A DNA stretch of 64,000 nucleotides from Candidatus Nomurabacteria bacterium (GTDB lineage Bacteria > Patescibacteriota > Minisyncoccia > Phycocordibacterales > SBAW01): NCBI GenBank assembly GCA_943348815.1, contig CALQYT010000002.1:37129-101128 (forward strand). Reading direction: 5' to 3'. The notes beneath the pieces are model-generated. The model saw nothing but the letters and a program-made list of their open reading frames with translations, was not told where the DNA came from and did not search any database. The stretch's first letter is position 1. Each line of letters starts with the position of its first letter. A program made the translations under genes and the position numbers. Positions 18,205 to 28,450 of the stretch are shown piece by piece.

Positions 18205-19374
18205 GTGGGTATGGAGCCTCTCGCTAATAAAATACGTCCAACAACCCTCGACGACTTTGTTGGTCAAGAGCACTTGGTAGGCGAGGGCAAACCTTTGCGC
18301 GAGGCAATAGAGCAAAAGCATCTTTTTAGTTTTTTGTTGTGGGGGCCGCCGGGGAGCGGCAAAACAACGCTTGCCCGGATTTATGCCAACGCGCTCGATG
18401 CCGAATTTCATGAACTCTCGGCGGTCGATGCGGGTAAAGAGGATATCAAAGAGATTCTAGGTCGCGGGAAGGTCAGACCTTCCCAAAAAGGGCTAAATTT
18501 CCCACAGAAGCCAAAGATAGTGTTTGTCGACGAAATCCATCGGTTTAATAAAGCGCAGCAAGATTTTTTGCTGCCGTTTGTAGAGCGGGGTGATTTGACG
18601 CTCGTTGGTGCAACGACCGAGAATCCCAGTTTTGAGGTCATTGGCGCACTCCTTTCGCGGGCGCGAGTATTTGTGCTTAACGAACTTTCAGAAAAAGATA
18701 TGGAAAAAATCATTGCGCGTACTAAGTTGAAGGTGCCCAAAGATGCTAAAGAGTGGTTGATACAACTGTCGCAGGGCGATGCACGGCAAGCAATAGGGGT
18801 TTTGGAAAATGCGCAAAAGTTATACGGCAAAATTTCGCTTGAGACGCTCAAGGAAACCGTGCAAAGCAAGCACTTGCGCTACGACAAAAAAGGCGAGGAA
18901 CATTACAACACTATCTCGGCATTTATAAAATCTATGCGCGCCTCGCAGCCGGATGCCGCGCTTTACTATTTGGCCCGCATGGTAGAGAGCGGGGAGGATC
19001 CGCTGTTTATTGCTCGCCGCATGGTGGTGTTTGCGAGCGAAGACGTTGGCTTGGCCGCGCCGACCGCGCTCGTAGTTGCCAATGCCGTGTTTGAGGCCTG
19101 CGAAAAAATTGGTTATCCGGAATGTGCGATCAATTTGGCGCATGGCGTGGCCTACTTGGCCGAATGCAAAAAATCCCGCAAAAGTTACGACGCGTATTTC
19201 GAAGCGGTAGATGATGTCAAAAAATTCGGCAATCTCCCCATCCCCATGCGTGTGCGCAACGCACCGACTAAATTGATGAAAGAGCTTGGCTATCACAAGG
19301 GCTACAAGTTGTATGACAAAGAGTCGTATTTGCCGGATAAATTAAAAGGGAAGAAGTATTTGAAAGAAAAATAA
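18205..19374 (+). CDS. rarA: Replication-associated recombination protein A (MgsA/RarA AAA+ ATPase)
   Basis: Contains 'LLWGPPGSGKTTLARIYAN', 'VDEIHRFNKAQQD' and the C-terminal MgsA helical domain. Confidence 0.85.
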   Translation: MGMEPLANKIRPTTLDDFVGQEHLVGEGKPLREAIEQKHLFSFLLWGPPGSGKTTLARIYANALDAEFHELSAVDAGKEDIKEILGRGKVRPSQKGLNFPQKPKIVFVDEIHRFNKAQQDFLLPFVERGDLTLVGATTENPSFEVIGALLSRARVFVLNELSEKDMEKIIARTKLKVPKDAKEWLIQLSQGDARQAIGVLENAQKLYGKISLETLKETVQSKHLRYDKKGEEHYNTISAFIKSMRASQPDAALYYLARMVESGEDPLFIARRMVVFASEDVGLAAPTALVVANAVFEACEKIGYPECAINLAHGVAYLAECKKSRKSYDAYFEAVDDVKKFGNLPIPMRVRNAPTKLMKELGYHKGYKLYDKESYLPDKLKGKKYLKEK

Positions 19375-19375
19375 A

Positions 19376-19395
19376 AACAGGCCGTTAGGCCTGCT
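19376..19395. terminator. Bidirectional hairpin between convergent genes
   Basis: CAGGCC-GTTA-GGCCTG. Confidence 0.45.
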
Positions 19396-20065
19396 ATAGA
19401 ACACGGTTTCGATAGGCTGGTGTGCCAACTTGGCTATTGGACCGGTTTAGAAAGTGCCACCGAAGTAGCGGTTCCTTATAAGGTCCATTGAGATAGATTG
19501 CCGGAACGGCTTTTTCGCCGGGAGGAGCTACCAAACGGTAGCGAGACTTTGCGGCGACAACCCCGTGTCGAGTAAGCACCGAAGTATGCGTACATAGGGC
19601 GATGATCTCGTAGAGATTCATTACCCAGCGTCCTTGGTTGGCGATCCCGTCGGCCGCAACCGACGGAGGCATGCCACAGATGGTATCGCCATCCGTTGGG
19701 CGCACAAGATAGTACGGTGTGGACGGTACCATTGCCCCAACTTCTGGTATTAGCATTTTCGGGTTGAAGTCAGTTGTCCCAGTTTTACCAGTGAAGCTCA
19801 CCACCAATTGCATCTGTTGGACGCTGCTGAGCAATGAGGGTGGGATAACCGGAATAAATGGGACGACGTCTGGACGGTCATGTCTCATACGGACATTGGC
19901 CGCACTAGTGAGCACCGCCGTTTTTTTAACCGCCAGCAGTTCAAGAAGATTTTTCGGCGCCCCTCTTCTTTCTAATGTTTCCAATTGTCCGTCGAATAGT
20001 TGGTCGTAGCGACTATGTCGCGCCGATTGGGTTGGCAAGGTGGTCGTGCCATAGGTTTGGGCCAT
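19394..20065 (-). CDS. Hypothetical protein
   Basis: 223-aa ORF with no motif recognised. Confidence 0.35.
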   Translation of the reverse strand: MAQTYGTTTLPTQSARHSRYDQLFDGQLETLERRGAPKNLLELLAVKKTAVLTSAANVRMRHDRPDVVPFIPVIPPSLLSSVQQMQLVVSFTGKTGTTDFNPKMLIPEVGAMVPSTPYYLVRPTDGDTICGMPPSVAADGIANQGRWVMNLYEIIALCTHTSVLTRHGVVAAKSRYRLVAPPGEKAVPAIYLNGPYKEPLLRWHFLNRSNSQVGTPAYRNRVL

Positions 20066-20130
20066 AGAAAGCTCCTGAGGCCGTTTGAGTGGTTACGATA
20101 GGAACTACTTAAATGCTAAAATAGCATGGT

Positions 20131-20613
20131 ATGGACCGGGAAACCATAGTTTTTGGCGGGGGATGTTTTTGGTGCACTGAGACCGTATTTTTGATGATCA
20201 GAGGTGTCGAGAGTGTAGAGCCAGGATATGCAGGCTCGCCGAAGGCCGAGGTGGTAGAAATAAAATACGATCCCGATGTAATTTCATTTGAGGAACTACT
20301 ACAAATTTATTTTTCGACCCACGACGCCACTTTGCTTAATCGCCAAGGGGCTGATGTAGGGACACAATATCGCTCGATAATTTTGTATACCACCGAGCGA
20401 CAGCGCGAAAAGGCTCAACATTATATTGACGTAATAAATAAATCTGCAACTCAGCGTTTGGTTACCGAAGTGCAAAAACTTGACCGGTTTATACCTGCAG
20501 AGGAATATCACAAAAACTTTTACCAAAGCGGCCAACGTCCTGATTATTGCGAGCTTGTTATAGACCCAAAAATAGATAAAGTGCGGGCAAAGTTTAAACA
20601 TCTTTTAAAATAA
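20131..20613 (+). CDS. msrA: Peptide-methionine (S)-S-oxide reductase
   Basis: Contains the 'GGGCFWC' active site. 160 aa. Confidence 0.85.
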   Translation: MDRETIVFGGGCFWCTETVFLMIRGVESVEPGYAGSPKAEVVEIKYDPDVISFEELLQIYFSTHDATLLNRQGADVGTQYRSIILYTTERQREKAQHYIDVINKSATQRLVTEVQKLDRFIPAEEYHKNFYQSGQRPDYCELVIDPKIDKVRAKFKHLLK

Positions 20614-20975
20614 TGACCCGCGAGGAGTTTGAAAAAATAATCGAGCAGGAGTTTGAGCAGGCTATACCGGAGAAATTTCGGCCACATATTAAAAACGTTG
20701 CTTTTTTGGTAGAGGACGAAGCATCGGGCAAAGATTTGCTTGGGTTTTATCACGGTGTCCCCACCCCCGAACGTGGCGATTGGTACGGCATGGGTACCAC
20801 GATGCCCGACACGATTACCCTCTACCAAAAAACTATCGAGGAGCACGCGCGCGAAACAGGCACTCCGGTAGCCCAGGTAATCCGCGAAACCATCTGGCAC
20901 GAAGTGGCCCATTTGTTTGGGATGGACGAACACGAAGTTAGGCAGCGCGAAAGCAAAAGGGATCTGCTAGAATAG
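20613..20975 (+). CDS. Zincin-like metallopeptidase family protein
   Basis: Contains 'HEVAHLFG' (HExxH). 120 aa. Confidence 0.6.
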   Translation: MTREEFEKIIEQEFEQAIPEKFRPHIKNVAFLVEDEASGKDLLGFYHGVPTPERGDWYGMGTTMPDTITLYQKTIEEHARETGTPVAQVIRETIWHEVAHLFGMDEHEVRQRESKRDLLE

Positions 20976-20980
20976 GGGGC

Positions 20981-21547
20981 ATGAAATGGCTTGCAGCGGT
21001 TGTGATACTACTTGCGGTTGCGGTTGCAGCCTATGCTATTTCGGTTAATAAAACCCGCTATAACGTGCCTAGCGACACAACCACCACCGTGCCGGGACAA
21101 AGTTATTTCTCCTCCGAACCGCTCCACTTAAGTTTTTCGTACCCCTCTCTATATGAGGCGACAACTACTCAATTGAATAATGGAAAAGATTCGTGGGATG
21201 TCGTGACCCTGGTACCCAAAGGTTATGTTGCTCCCGAAAATGGTGATGGTCCGGCGGCGATAAGTGTGCAGGTGATCCCCAATAATAAAAAACTTTCGGT
21301 CGAGCAGTGGATTATGAAAGATGCGCGTTCAAACTGGAAGTTGGCCACCGACCCAGGCGGCTTGGGCTCTACAACGGTGGGTGGCGAGGCGGGGATGGCA
21401 TACAAATACTCAGGCCTCTATAACACTTCGGCGGTAGTGGTGGCACACGGCGGCTCGATCTACTTCTTTACGGGTGAGTGGAACTCATCGGAAGATAGAT
21501 TGTATGCGGATTTCCAAACGACGCTGCAGTCGGTTAAATTTAATTAA
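20981..21547 (+). CDS. Hypothetical exported protein
   Basis: N-terminal signal/anchor helix. 188 aa. Confidence 0.4.
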   Translation: MKWLAAVVILLAVAVAAYAISVNKTRYNVPSDTTTTVPGQSYFSSEPLHLSFSYPSLYEATTTQLNNGKDSWDVVTLVPKGYVAPENGDGPAAISVQVIPNNKKLSVEQWIMKDARSNWKLATDPGGLGSTTVGGEAGMAYKYSGLYNTSAVVVAHGGSIYFFTGEWNSSEDRLYADFQTTLQSVKFN

Positions 21548-21558
21548 CTGAAATTAGT

Positions 21559-21996
21559 ATGGATAATAAAATTTCTATCACTCCTTATATTTTGCTTGCG
21601 CTTGCCATGATTGGTCTCGGCGACACCCTTTATCTTTCGTACTTTCAATATTTAAATTTGGTTCCGACCTGTGCGATAAGCGGCTGCGAGATAGTGCTCA
21701 CCAGCGCACAGTCAAAGTTTTTTGGTGTGCCATGGAGCTACCTTGGGTTGGTCTACTACGCCTATATGTTTTGTCTTGCCCTGCTGCTGTGCATCGAACC
21801 GCGCTCGTGGGCGCTCCGGTTTGGAACGTTGGTCTATGCCGGGATAGGATTGCTGTACTCGATTTGGGCGATTTTTTATATCGAACTTATGGTGATTCAT
21901 GCACTCTGTCAGTACTGCGCAATCTCGGCAGTCACCACGTTGCTATTGTTTGCAGTAGCGGTATGGCATTGGCGCGCTAGTACGCAGGGCGTCTAA
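21559..21996 (+). CDS. Vitamin K epoxide reductase (VKOR) family protein
   Basis: Contains a loop CxxC 'CAISGC' and the active-site 'CQYC' inside a 4-TM core. Confidence 0.7.
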   Translation: MDNKISITPYILLALAMIGLGDTLYLSYFQYLNLVPTCAISGCEIVLTSAQSKFFGVPWSYLGLVYYAYMFCLALLLCIEPRSWALRFGTLVYAGIGLLYSIWAIFYIELMVIHALCQYCAISAVTTLLLFAVAVWHWRASTQGV

Positions 21997-22621
21997 AGCG
22001 CCGCACGATTCGCCAGAGCACGTACAAAAATATAATCGCGATCAGCGGATAAAACACCGCGGCGCTGCCGACAATAAACCGCAAGAGAGTTAGAAGGTAT
22101 AGGTAAAGTGTTTGCAAGATATACCAAAACGTACCCATCGGATCTGAGGCGGCATTTTTAGTTTGTTGGGCGCTCAAGACGTCGCCTACATTCCCGGCAC
22201 TGGGGCCCAGGCGTGTTTTGGTTTGAACAATCTGATTGTCGAGCGCATCGGCAGTCGCGTTGCGTCCGCCGTCGACCATCACAAAAAACGGCGCCACGGT
22301 GCTGGCTGCCGTGGGGGAGAAGCTCGCAATACCTTGCTGTATCGGTTGTGATGATTCCACGGCGGCCGGTTGGCTAGCCGGGGGAGGCGGAGGAGGCGGC
22401 TTTGGTGAGACGTAAAAGGTAATGGTGACTGGCACAGCTCCTGCAGTTTTGGTTTCGCTCAACTGAAAATCCTCACTATTTTTTGCCGATACCGCGGCAG
22501 TGACCGGCACCCTCGTGCCATTAACCGTAGCGGTTTGGGACAGCGTCAGTTCGGTCGAGGTGCTGGCTGCGAGCGCAAACGCGGGCAGGAACAACAAGGC
22601 AAGAACCGGGGCCAACTTCAT
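21977..22621 (-). CDS. Hypothetical Pro-rich exported protein with a C-terminal membrane anchor
   Basis: Signal peptide, a PPPPPPPP tract, and a C-terminal TM helix followed by an RRFRR stop-transfer sequence. Confidence 0.4.
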   Translation of the reverse strand: MKLAPVLALLFLPAFALAASTSTELTLSQTATVNGTRVPVTAAVSAKNSEDFQLSETKTAGAVPVTITFYVSPKPPPPPPPASQPAAVESSQPIQQGIASFSPTAASTVAPFFVMVDGGRNATADALDNQIVQTKTRLGPSAGNVGDVLSAQQTKNAASDPMGTFWYILQTLYLYLLTLLRFIVGSAAVFYPLIAIIFLYVLWRIVRRFRRPAY

Positions 22622-22635
22622 GCTAAAATTTTACC

Positions 22636-23535
22636 ATGTCATTTTGGAGCAAGGGCCCTCTTGTACCCTCGCGCGACAACGCCTACCGACCCCACTTGTT
22701 GCGCCGCGGGCCGCTCCTGTGCCTACTCGGCTTAGCCCTGTTGACCGAGGCGCTATTGGTGGGTAATTTGCTGCTGCGCCCCGGGCACGACTTTTTGGCC
22801 GCCGTAGTACAGAGCGAAATTTTGACCCTCACTAACACCGAGCGGGTCGACAACCATGTTGGTATGCTCACCGAAAGTGAGCTCTTGGACAAATCGGCGC
22901 AAGCCAAAGCCGACGACATGGCGGCCAAGGGATACTTCGCGCATGTGAGCCCCGACGGCAAACAACCGTGGGATTTTATTACCAACGCCGGATATGACTA
23001 CCACTATGCGGGCGAAAATTTGGCCGTGCGTTTTGTCGATTCTAAAGATGTCGTGGATGCGTGGATGGCATCGCCCTCGCACAAAGCCAATATTGTTAAG
23101 GGGGCGTATCGCGAAATAGGCGTTGGCGTTGCGCAAGGGACCTACAAAGGCGAGCCGGCGACCTTTGTCGTTGAGCATTTTGCCAGCCCTTCGGGTGTAG
23201 TGCTTGGGGCGCAAGTGGCGCAACTCAACAACTCGATTGTGCGACAAGTTGGCCGATTGTTTGCCGAGCCGCGCACCACGACCGCATGGGTATTGGGCGG
23301 CATTGCAGTCCTCCTGCTGGTCGCGTTGGCGTTTGCCTTCTTTCATCACATACAAATTCAGGCATACGATCTGCTTGTCCCCGGCGGGGTAGTGGCCGCA
23401 GTGGTGCTTGTCCTGCTGGTGCTTAATGCTAATGCGCTTTCAGCCCCAGCTACCCAGACTGCCAGCGTGGCCGGGAGTGTCGATACATCCGCCGCGGTGG
23501 TTATCAACGCGGCAGCGGCGAGCACTTTGCGGTAG
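22636..23535 (+). CDS. CAP/SCP (PR-1-like) domain protein with C-terminal TM helices
   Basis: Contains 'YFAHVSPDGKQPWDFITNAGYDYHYAGENLA'. Confidence 0.7.
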   Translation: MSFWSKGPLVPSRDNAYRPHLLRRGPLLCLLGLALLTEALLVGNLLLRPGHDFLAAVVQSEILTLTNTERVDNHVGMLTESELLDKSAQAKADDMAAKGYFAHVSPDGKQPWDFITNAGYDYHYAGENLAVRFVDSKDVVDAWMASPSHKANIVKGAYREIGVGVAQGTYKGEPATFVVEHFASPSGVVLGAQVAQLNNSIVRQVGRLFAEPRTTTAWVLGGIAVLLLVALAFAFFHHIQIQAYDLLVPGGVVAAVVLVLLVLNANALSAPATQTASVAGSVDTSAAVVINAAAASTLR

Positions 23536-23550
23536 TGCTATACTCTTGCT

Positions 23551-23994
23551 ATGTCAAAACAGTTACAAGTTGGGATAGCGATTGCCGCGGGTCTTGCGGT
23601 GGTTGGGTTTTTCTTTTTATATCAGCAATTTAATGTAGGCAGCATGTTGACCCCTAGTTCCTCCGCAGATAATTCTTCGCTTGTGGTCCAAGACGAGGCA
23701 GCGGGTTCTGGTTCTGAGGCACAGGTTGGCGATACGGTTACGGTCAATTACACCGGTAAATTTGAAAACGGCACGGTCTTTGACACTTCGGTGGGCAAAC
23801 AACCGTTTAGCTTTCAGCTTGGCGCGGGGAACGTAATCCCCGGTTGGGATCAAGGCTTAGTGGGCATGAAAGTTGGCGGCAAGCGCATGCTCATTGTGCC
23901 GCCCTCGCTCGCGTATGGCTCTCAAGATTATGGCCCGATTCCGGCTAACTCCACATTGATTTTTGAGGTAGAGTTGGTGAGTGTCAAAAAGTAA
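23551..23994 (+). CDS. FKBP-type peptidyl-prolyl cis-trans isomerase
   Basis: Contains 'GDTVTVNYTGKFENGTVFDTS...FQLGAGNVIPGWDQGLVGMKVGGKRMLIVPPSLAYG'. Confidence 0.85.
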   Translation: MSKQLQVGIAIAAGLAVVGFFFLYQQFNVGSMLTPSSSADNSSLVVQDEAAGSGSEAQVGDTVTVNYTGKFENGTVFDTSVGKQPFSFQLGAGNVIPGWDQGLVGMKVGGKRMLIVPPSLAYGSQDYGPIPANSTLIFEVELVSVKK

Positions 23995-25192
23995 ATTAGC
24001 AATTTTGCATCGCGGACCGGGGCTTGCCCGGGCTGGCGTGCTGCATACCCCGCACGGTGACATACAGACGCCGGCGTTTGTTGCCGTATCCACCAAGGCC
24101 GATGTTAAAGGCGTGCCCGCGACGCGTTTTGGCGAGCTGGGGATACAAACGATTATTGCTAACACGTACCACCTCTACCTTTCGGGGTTAGAGGCGATAG
24201 AGAAAGCGGGCGGGGTCGCCAAGTTTATGGGCTTTAATGGCCCTACGATGACCGACTCGGGCGGGTTTCAGGTATTTTCGCTCGGTGCCGGGTTTGGTAA
24301 AAAACTTTCTAAATTTTTGCCCGAGCAAGCTTCGCCCGAAGAGGCGATAAGCGTGTACGACGAAGAATTGGCAACCAGCCACGGCAAGCTCGCAATAATC
24401 GACGAAGAAGGGGTTTCGTTTACCTCGCATCTCGACGGCTCGCTGCATCGCTTTACTCCCGAGCGTTCGATAGAAATCCAGCACCAACTTGGCGCCGATA
24501 TTATTTTTGCGTTCGACGAATGCACGTCGCCCACGGCCGATCATGCCTACCAAAAAGAGGCAATGGACAGGACACACCGTTGGGCCGACCGGAGTTTAAA
24601 AGCGCACCGGCAAAATATTGAAAAAGATTCAGAGCAGGCGCTCTACGGGATAGTACAGGGTGGACGTTTTGAAGATTTGCGATTGGAGAGTGCACAGTAT
24701 TTAGCGGCAAAAGATTTCGATGGTTACGGCATCGGCGGTTCGTTTTCTAAAGATGATATTTTGGGAATTTTAGATAAGGTTAACCGCGAGTTGCCCGAAG
24801 ATAAACCGCGTCACTTGTTGGGCATTGGCGAGCCGGAGGATTTGTTTATTGGTGTCGCGGCAGGCGTCGACACCTTTGATTGCGTGCTGCCAACGCGCAA
24901 TGGTCGCACGGGTGGGATTTATACGAAACGCGGCAAAATCCAGATCCCCAATGCGGGATATCAATATGATTTTGGGCCACTAGACGAAGGGTGCGAGTGT
25001 TCGGTATGTCAAAATCATACGCGCGCCTATGTACACCACTTGTTTAGAACGCACGAAATGCTTGGGCCAATTTTGGCGAGCATGCACAACCTCTACTTTC
25101 TCACCACCCTCACCAAAAATATTAGAGAGAGTATTCTTAAGGGGAATTTCGAGGTGTTTCGTGATGACTTCTTGTCAAAGTATAAGAAATAA
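23981..25192 (+). CDS. tgt: Queuine tRNA-ribosyltransferase
   Basis: Contains 'PRHLLGIGEPEDL' and the zinc site 'CECSVCQNHTRAYVHHLF'. Confidence 0.9.
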   Translation: MSKSKLAILHRGPGLARAGVLHTPHGDIQTPAFVAVSTKADVKGVPATRFGELGIQTIIANTYHLYLSGLEAIEKAGGVAKFMGFNGPTMTDSGGFQVFSLGAGFGKKLSKFLPEQASPEEAISVYDEELATSHGKLAIIDEEGVSFTSHLDGSLHRFTPERSIEIQHQLGADIIFAFDECTSPTADHAYQKEAMDRTHRWADRSLKAHRQNIEKDSEQALYGIVQGGRFEDLRLESAQYLAAKDFDGYGIGGSFSKDDILGILDKVNRELPEDKPRHLLGIGEPEDLFIGVAAGVDTFDCVLPTRNGRTGGIYTKRGKIQIPNAGYQYDFGPLDEGCECSVCQNHTRAYVHHLFRTHEMLGPILASMHNLYFLTTLTKNIRESILKGNFEVFRDDFLSKYKK

Positions 25193-25203
25193 GATTTAGT
25201 GAG

Positions 25204-25662
25204 GTGGGGAGAAAGCGAGGTGTTGACGTGGATCTTTCAAAGATCATGACTCCTAGCATGATTGTATTACGATTCGAACGTGGCCGGAAAGATGCCAAAC
25301 TGTTTGGACTTCGTTATCTTTGGAAACGAGGAGATGGTGAGGCAACCTACGACGCAGTCGAATTCGAGACCGGGAAAGACTGTCAGGTGACTTTGAAAAC
25401 CGAAGGTCCTGCCGTAGTTGTCGGCGACGAAGACATTGCCGGCGAATATTCCGAAGCAGTCTATCCGTGGGAAGAACGCCTCATGGTGCAAGACTTTGCT
25501 AGCGGATGGGGTGCACGGCAGCGTGCAGTCGAAAAGGCCAATCAAGGCCTCCGGGACTATATCCGGAATGCCCGTAACTTTTGCTCCGCAATGAACCTCA
25601 CCCCTAGCCCTTTCATGGAAAAAGAGTACAAGGAGAAGTGTTTGGGGAAAGGTCGAGTTTAG
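25204..25662 (+). CDS. Hypothetical protein
   Basis: 152 aa. Lies between tgt and the transposase. Confidence 0.35.
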   Translation: MGRKRGVDVDLSKIMTPSMIVLRFERGRKDAKLFGLRYLWKRGDGEATYDAVEFETGKDCQVTLKTEGPAVVVGDEDIAGEYSEAVYPWEERLMVQDFASGWGARQRAVEKANQGLRDYIRNARNFCSAMNLTPSPFMEKEYKEKCLGKGRV

Positions 25663-25688
25663 CCGATGACTATGTCGTCGGCTTTTTG
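25661..25688 (+). terminator. Rho-independent terminator
   Basis: AGCCGATGAC...GTCGTCGGCT followed by TTTTTG. Confidence 0.55.
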
Positions 25689-25700
25689 TTCTCGGGTTGC

Positions 25701-26357
25701 TCATTTGAGCGAGGTCGAACCTCGCTCACTTCCGTAACCTATCCATCCTTGTATTTCTTTTTTGAACTCTTTGGGCGTAGGAAAATAATTCGGCAACACA
25801 GTTTTGTTTAATATTTTTCCTTGGGGACGCAATATGCCAGCAAGATCTGAGTAGCTTGAATATGGATAGTCGTCTAAAGTAACCCTTTCCTTTGGATTAA
25901 TTGGATTAAGGTGTATGTAAGCAATTAAATATTTTAAATATCGATCTTCTCCTGCATGTACAGATTTAAATTTTCCTTGAAACAATGCGCCAGTACGTTC
26001 GTTTTTGGTATTGAAATACATGGTGTATGCTGTTACAAGTTTTTGCATAAATCGACTGATACCGTTATCAACTTGTTGATGTAGTAAAAGATGGAAATGG
26101 TTAGGCATAAGACAGTAGCTAACAATAGCGACCAAAGGCTCGTTTCGGTCAACTTCGAGCGCACGAGTGAGTAAGGTCGAGCCTCGTTCAGAGCGGCGGA
26201 TATTTTCTATCTTTATAGATTCGGAACTGTTGGCTAAATACAAGAGGGAAAGAAAACGTTCGTAATCAGTTTTTGTAAGAAAAATTTTGCGTTTTTCGGT
26301 GCCGCGATTATAGATGTGGTAAAACTCGCCCTTACTTAGAGGAGGTCTATTTCCCAT
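25701..26357 (-). CDS. Y1 HUH transposase, IS200/IS605 TnpA / REP-associated tyrosine transposase (RAYT)-like
   Basis: Contains 'GEFYHIYNRG', the HUH motif 'YCLMPNHFHLLL', and a catalytic Tyr region 'IAYIHLNPINP'. Confidence 0.75.
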   Translation of the reverse strand: MGNRPPLSKGEFYHIYNRGTEKRKIFLTKTDYERFLSLLYLANSSESIKIENIRRSERGSTLLTRALEVDRNEPLVAIVSYCLMPNHFHLLLHQQVDNGISRFMQKLVTAYTMYFNTKNERTGALFQGKFKSVHAGEDRYLKYLIAYIHLNPINPKERVTLDDYPYSSYSDLAGILRPQGKILNKTVLPNYFPTPKEFKKEIQGWIGYGSERGSTSLK

Positions 26358-26395
26358 ATCAATACTTTACCATGAGCGAGGTCGAACCTCGCTCA
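25706..26395. mobile_element. IS200/RAYT-type mini-element: transposase gene bracketed by two identical 23-bp palindromic hairpins
   Basis: The palindrome TGAGCGAGGTCGAACCTCGCTCA occurs at 25706-25728 and at 26373-26395. The two copies lie 3 bp and 15 bp from the ends of the transposase ORF. Confidence 0.6.
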
Positions 26396-26439
26396 AATAT
26401 AACACCCGAATTATATGAAATATGCTAAAGTAGTTTTTC

Positions 26440-28443
26440 ATGGGGAAGTTTAAACTTAAAACACCACACCGGCCGGCGGGGGATCAGCCCAAGGCTATTG
26501 AGGCTTTGGTTAAGGGGCTCGAGCGCGGCGAGCGGCACCAAACGCTGCTGGGCGTCACCGGCTCGGGCAAGACCTTCACCGTGGCCAATGTTATAGAAGC
26601 GGTACAAAAGCCGACCCTCGTTATTGCGCACAACAAAACGCTCGCGGCACAGTTGGCGCAGGAATACCGCGAGTTTTTCCCCGATGCAGCCGTGCATTAT
26701 TTTGTTTCCTACTACGATTACTACCAACCCGAGGCCTACATCGCGCACTCGGATACGTATATAGAGAAGGAGGCGCAGATTAACGAAGAGATCGAGCGCC
26801 TGCGCCATGCCTCTACCCAAGCCCTGCTCACGCGTAACGATGTCATCGTGGTCGCGTCGGTGTCCTGCATTTATGGTTTAGGGAGCCCGGATGAATATCG
26901 CAAAGTGCATTTGGAATTAAAGGCGGGTGTGGCAAAAAATCGTTCAGAATTAATTCGCGAACTCATTGGCGTGTACTTTGAGCGCACCAATGCCGACCTT
27001 ACGCCGGGCACCTTTCGTGCAATCGGCAACAGTGTGGAGATTATGCCGACCGGCGAGCGGGTTTTGTATCGTGTCGAGTTTTTGGGGGAGAAGATAGAAA
27101 AGTTGCGCGTTATTGATGCTATTACGCGCGAGGAAAAATCTGCGCCAGACTCGATATTTTTGTTCCCCGCCAAACATTATGTAACCCCCGAAGATGAGCG
27201 CGACCGCGCTATTGCCGACATTCGTGCCGAGCTTAAGGAGCAGCTGGCAAAGCTTGAGCGTAAAGGCAAATTGCTAGAGGCCGAACGTCTGAAGCGCCGC
27301 ACCAACTACGACTTGGCGATGATACGCGAGCTTGGCTACTGCAACGGGATCGAAAATTACTCGCGCCACTTTGACGGTCGCAAACCGGGCGAACCGCCCT
27401 ACACCTTGTTGAGTTATTTCCCCGAAGGATTTTTGACGGTGATAGACGAAAGTCATGTAACCGTGCCGCAGATTGGCGGTATGTATAATGGCGATCGCGC
27501 ACGCAAAGAAACGTTGATCGACTTTGGATTCCGTTTGCCGAGCGCCGTCGACAACCGCCCCCTGCAGTTTGAAGAGTTTGAAGAGCGGGTGGGACAGGTG
27601 ATTTATACTTCGGCGACACCCAGCACCTACGAAAAAGAAAAATCGGGCAAAAATATTGTCGAGCAGATTGTGCGCCCCACCGGACTTTTAGATCCGATTA
27701 TAGACATCCGTCCGGTTATTGCGCAAAAAAATTATCCGGGCCAGGTGCAAGATGCGATAGAAGAAATTACAAAAGTTGTTAAAAATGGCAACCGCGTGTT
27801 GGTCACGACACTCACTAAAAAAATGGCCGAAGATTTGAATGACTATTTGAAAGAACGCAAGATCAAATCAACCTACTTGCATAGCGATGTTGAAACGCTT
27901 GAGCGTATCGAGATACTCACGAGCTTGCGTCGCGGCGAGTACGATGTGTTGGTGGGGGTTAACTTGTTGCGCGAGGGGCTCGACTTGCCCGAGGTTGAGT
28001 TGGTGGCGATTTTAGATGCCGACAAATCCGGATTTTTGCGCAGCGAAGTCTCGCTGATACAAACGATTGGCCGCGCCGCGCGCAACTCGGCCGGCCGCGT
28101 GGTGTTGTATGCCGATGAAGAAACGCCCGCGCTCAAAGTAGCGGTGAGCGAAACACGCCGCCGCCGCGCTGCACAAGAGTTGTATAACAAAGAGCACGGC
28201 ATCACGCCCACGACGATCAAGAAAAATATCAAAGATATTACCGAGGAGTTGCGTAGCGAACATAGCAAGGCGGTGGTGGGGATGTTGGAGGTAGACAAAC
28301 AACTGTACAAAGAAAATCCAAAGAAATTTATTACCGCGAAGCGCCGCGAGATGGCCGATGCGGTCAAAGAGCTTGACTTCGAAACCGCAGCGCTAATCCG
28401 CGATGAGCTGTATGCTTTAACAGGCGGGAAGAAAAAGAAATGA
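26440..28443 (+). CDS. uvrB: Excinuclease ABC subunit B
   Basis: 667 aa. Walker A 'GVTGSGKTFT'. Helicase motifs and the C-terminal UVR domain are present. Confidence 0.95.
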   Translation: MGKFKLKTPHRPAGDQPKAIEALVKGLERGERHQTLLGVTGSGKTFTVANVIEAVQKPTLVIAHNKTLAAQLAQEYREFFPDAAVHYFVSYYDYYQPEAYIAHSDTYIEKEAQINEEIERLRHASTQALLTRNDVIVVASVSCIYGLGSPDEYRKVHLELKAGVAKNRSELIRELIGVYFERTNADLTPGTFRAIGNSVEIMPTGERVLYRVEFLGEKIEKLRVIDAITREEKSAPDSIFLFPAKHYVTPEDERDRAIADIRAELKEQLAKLERKGKLLEAERLKRRTNYDLAMIRELGYCNGIENYSRHFDGRKPGEPPYTLLSYFPEGFLTVIDESHVTVPQIGGMYNGDRARKETLIDFGFRLPSAVDNRPLQFEEFEERVGQVIYTSATPSTYEKEKSGKNIVEQIVRPTGLLDPIIDIRPVIAQKNYPGQVQDAIEEITKVVKNGNRVLVTTLTKKMAEDLNDYLKERKIKSTYLHSDVETLERIEILTSLRRGEYDVLVGVNLLREGLDLPEVELVAILDADKSGFLRSEVSLIQTIGRAARNSAGRVVLYADEETPALKVAVSETRRRRAAQELYNKEHGITPTTIKKNIKDITEELRSEHSKAVVGMLEVDKQLYKENPKKFITAKRREMADAVKELDFETAALIRDELYALTGGKKKK

Positions 28444-28450
28444 AAAACAA

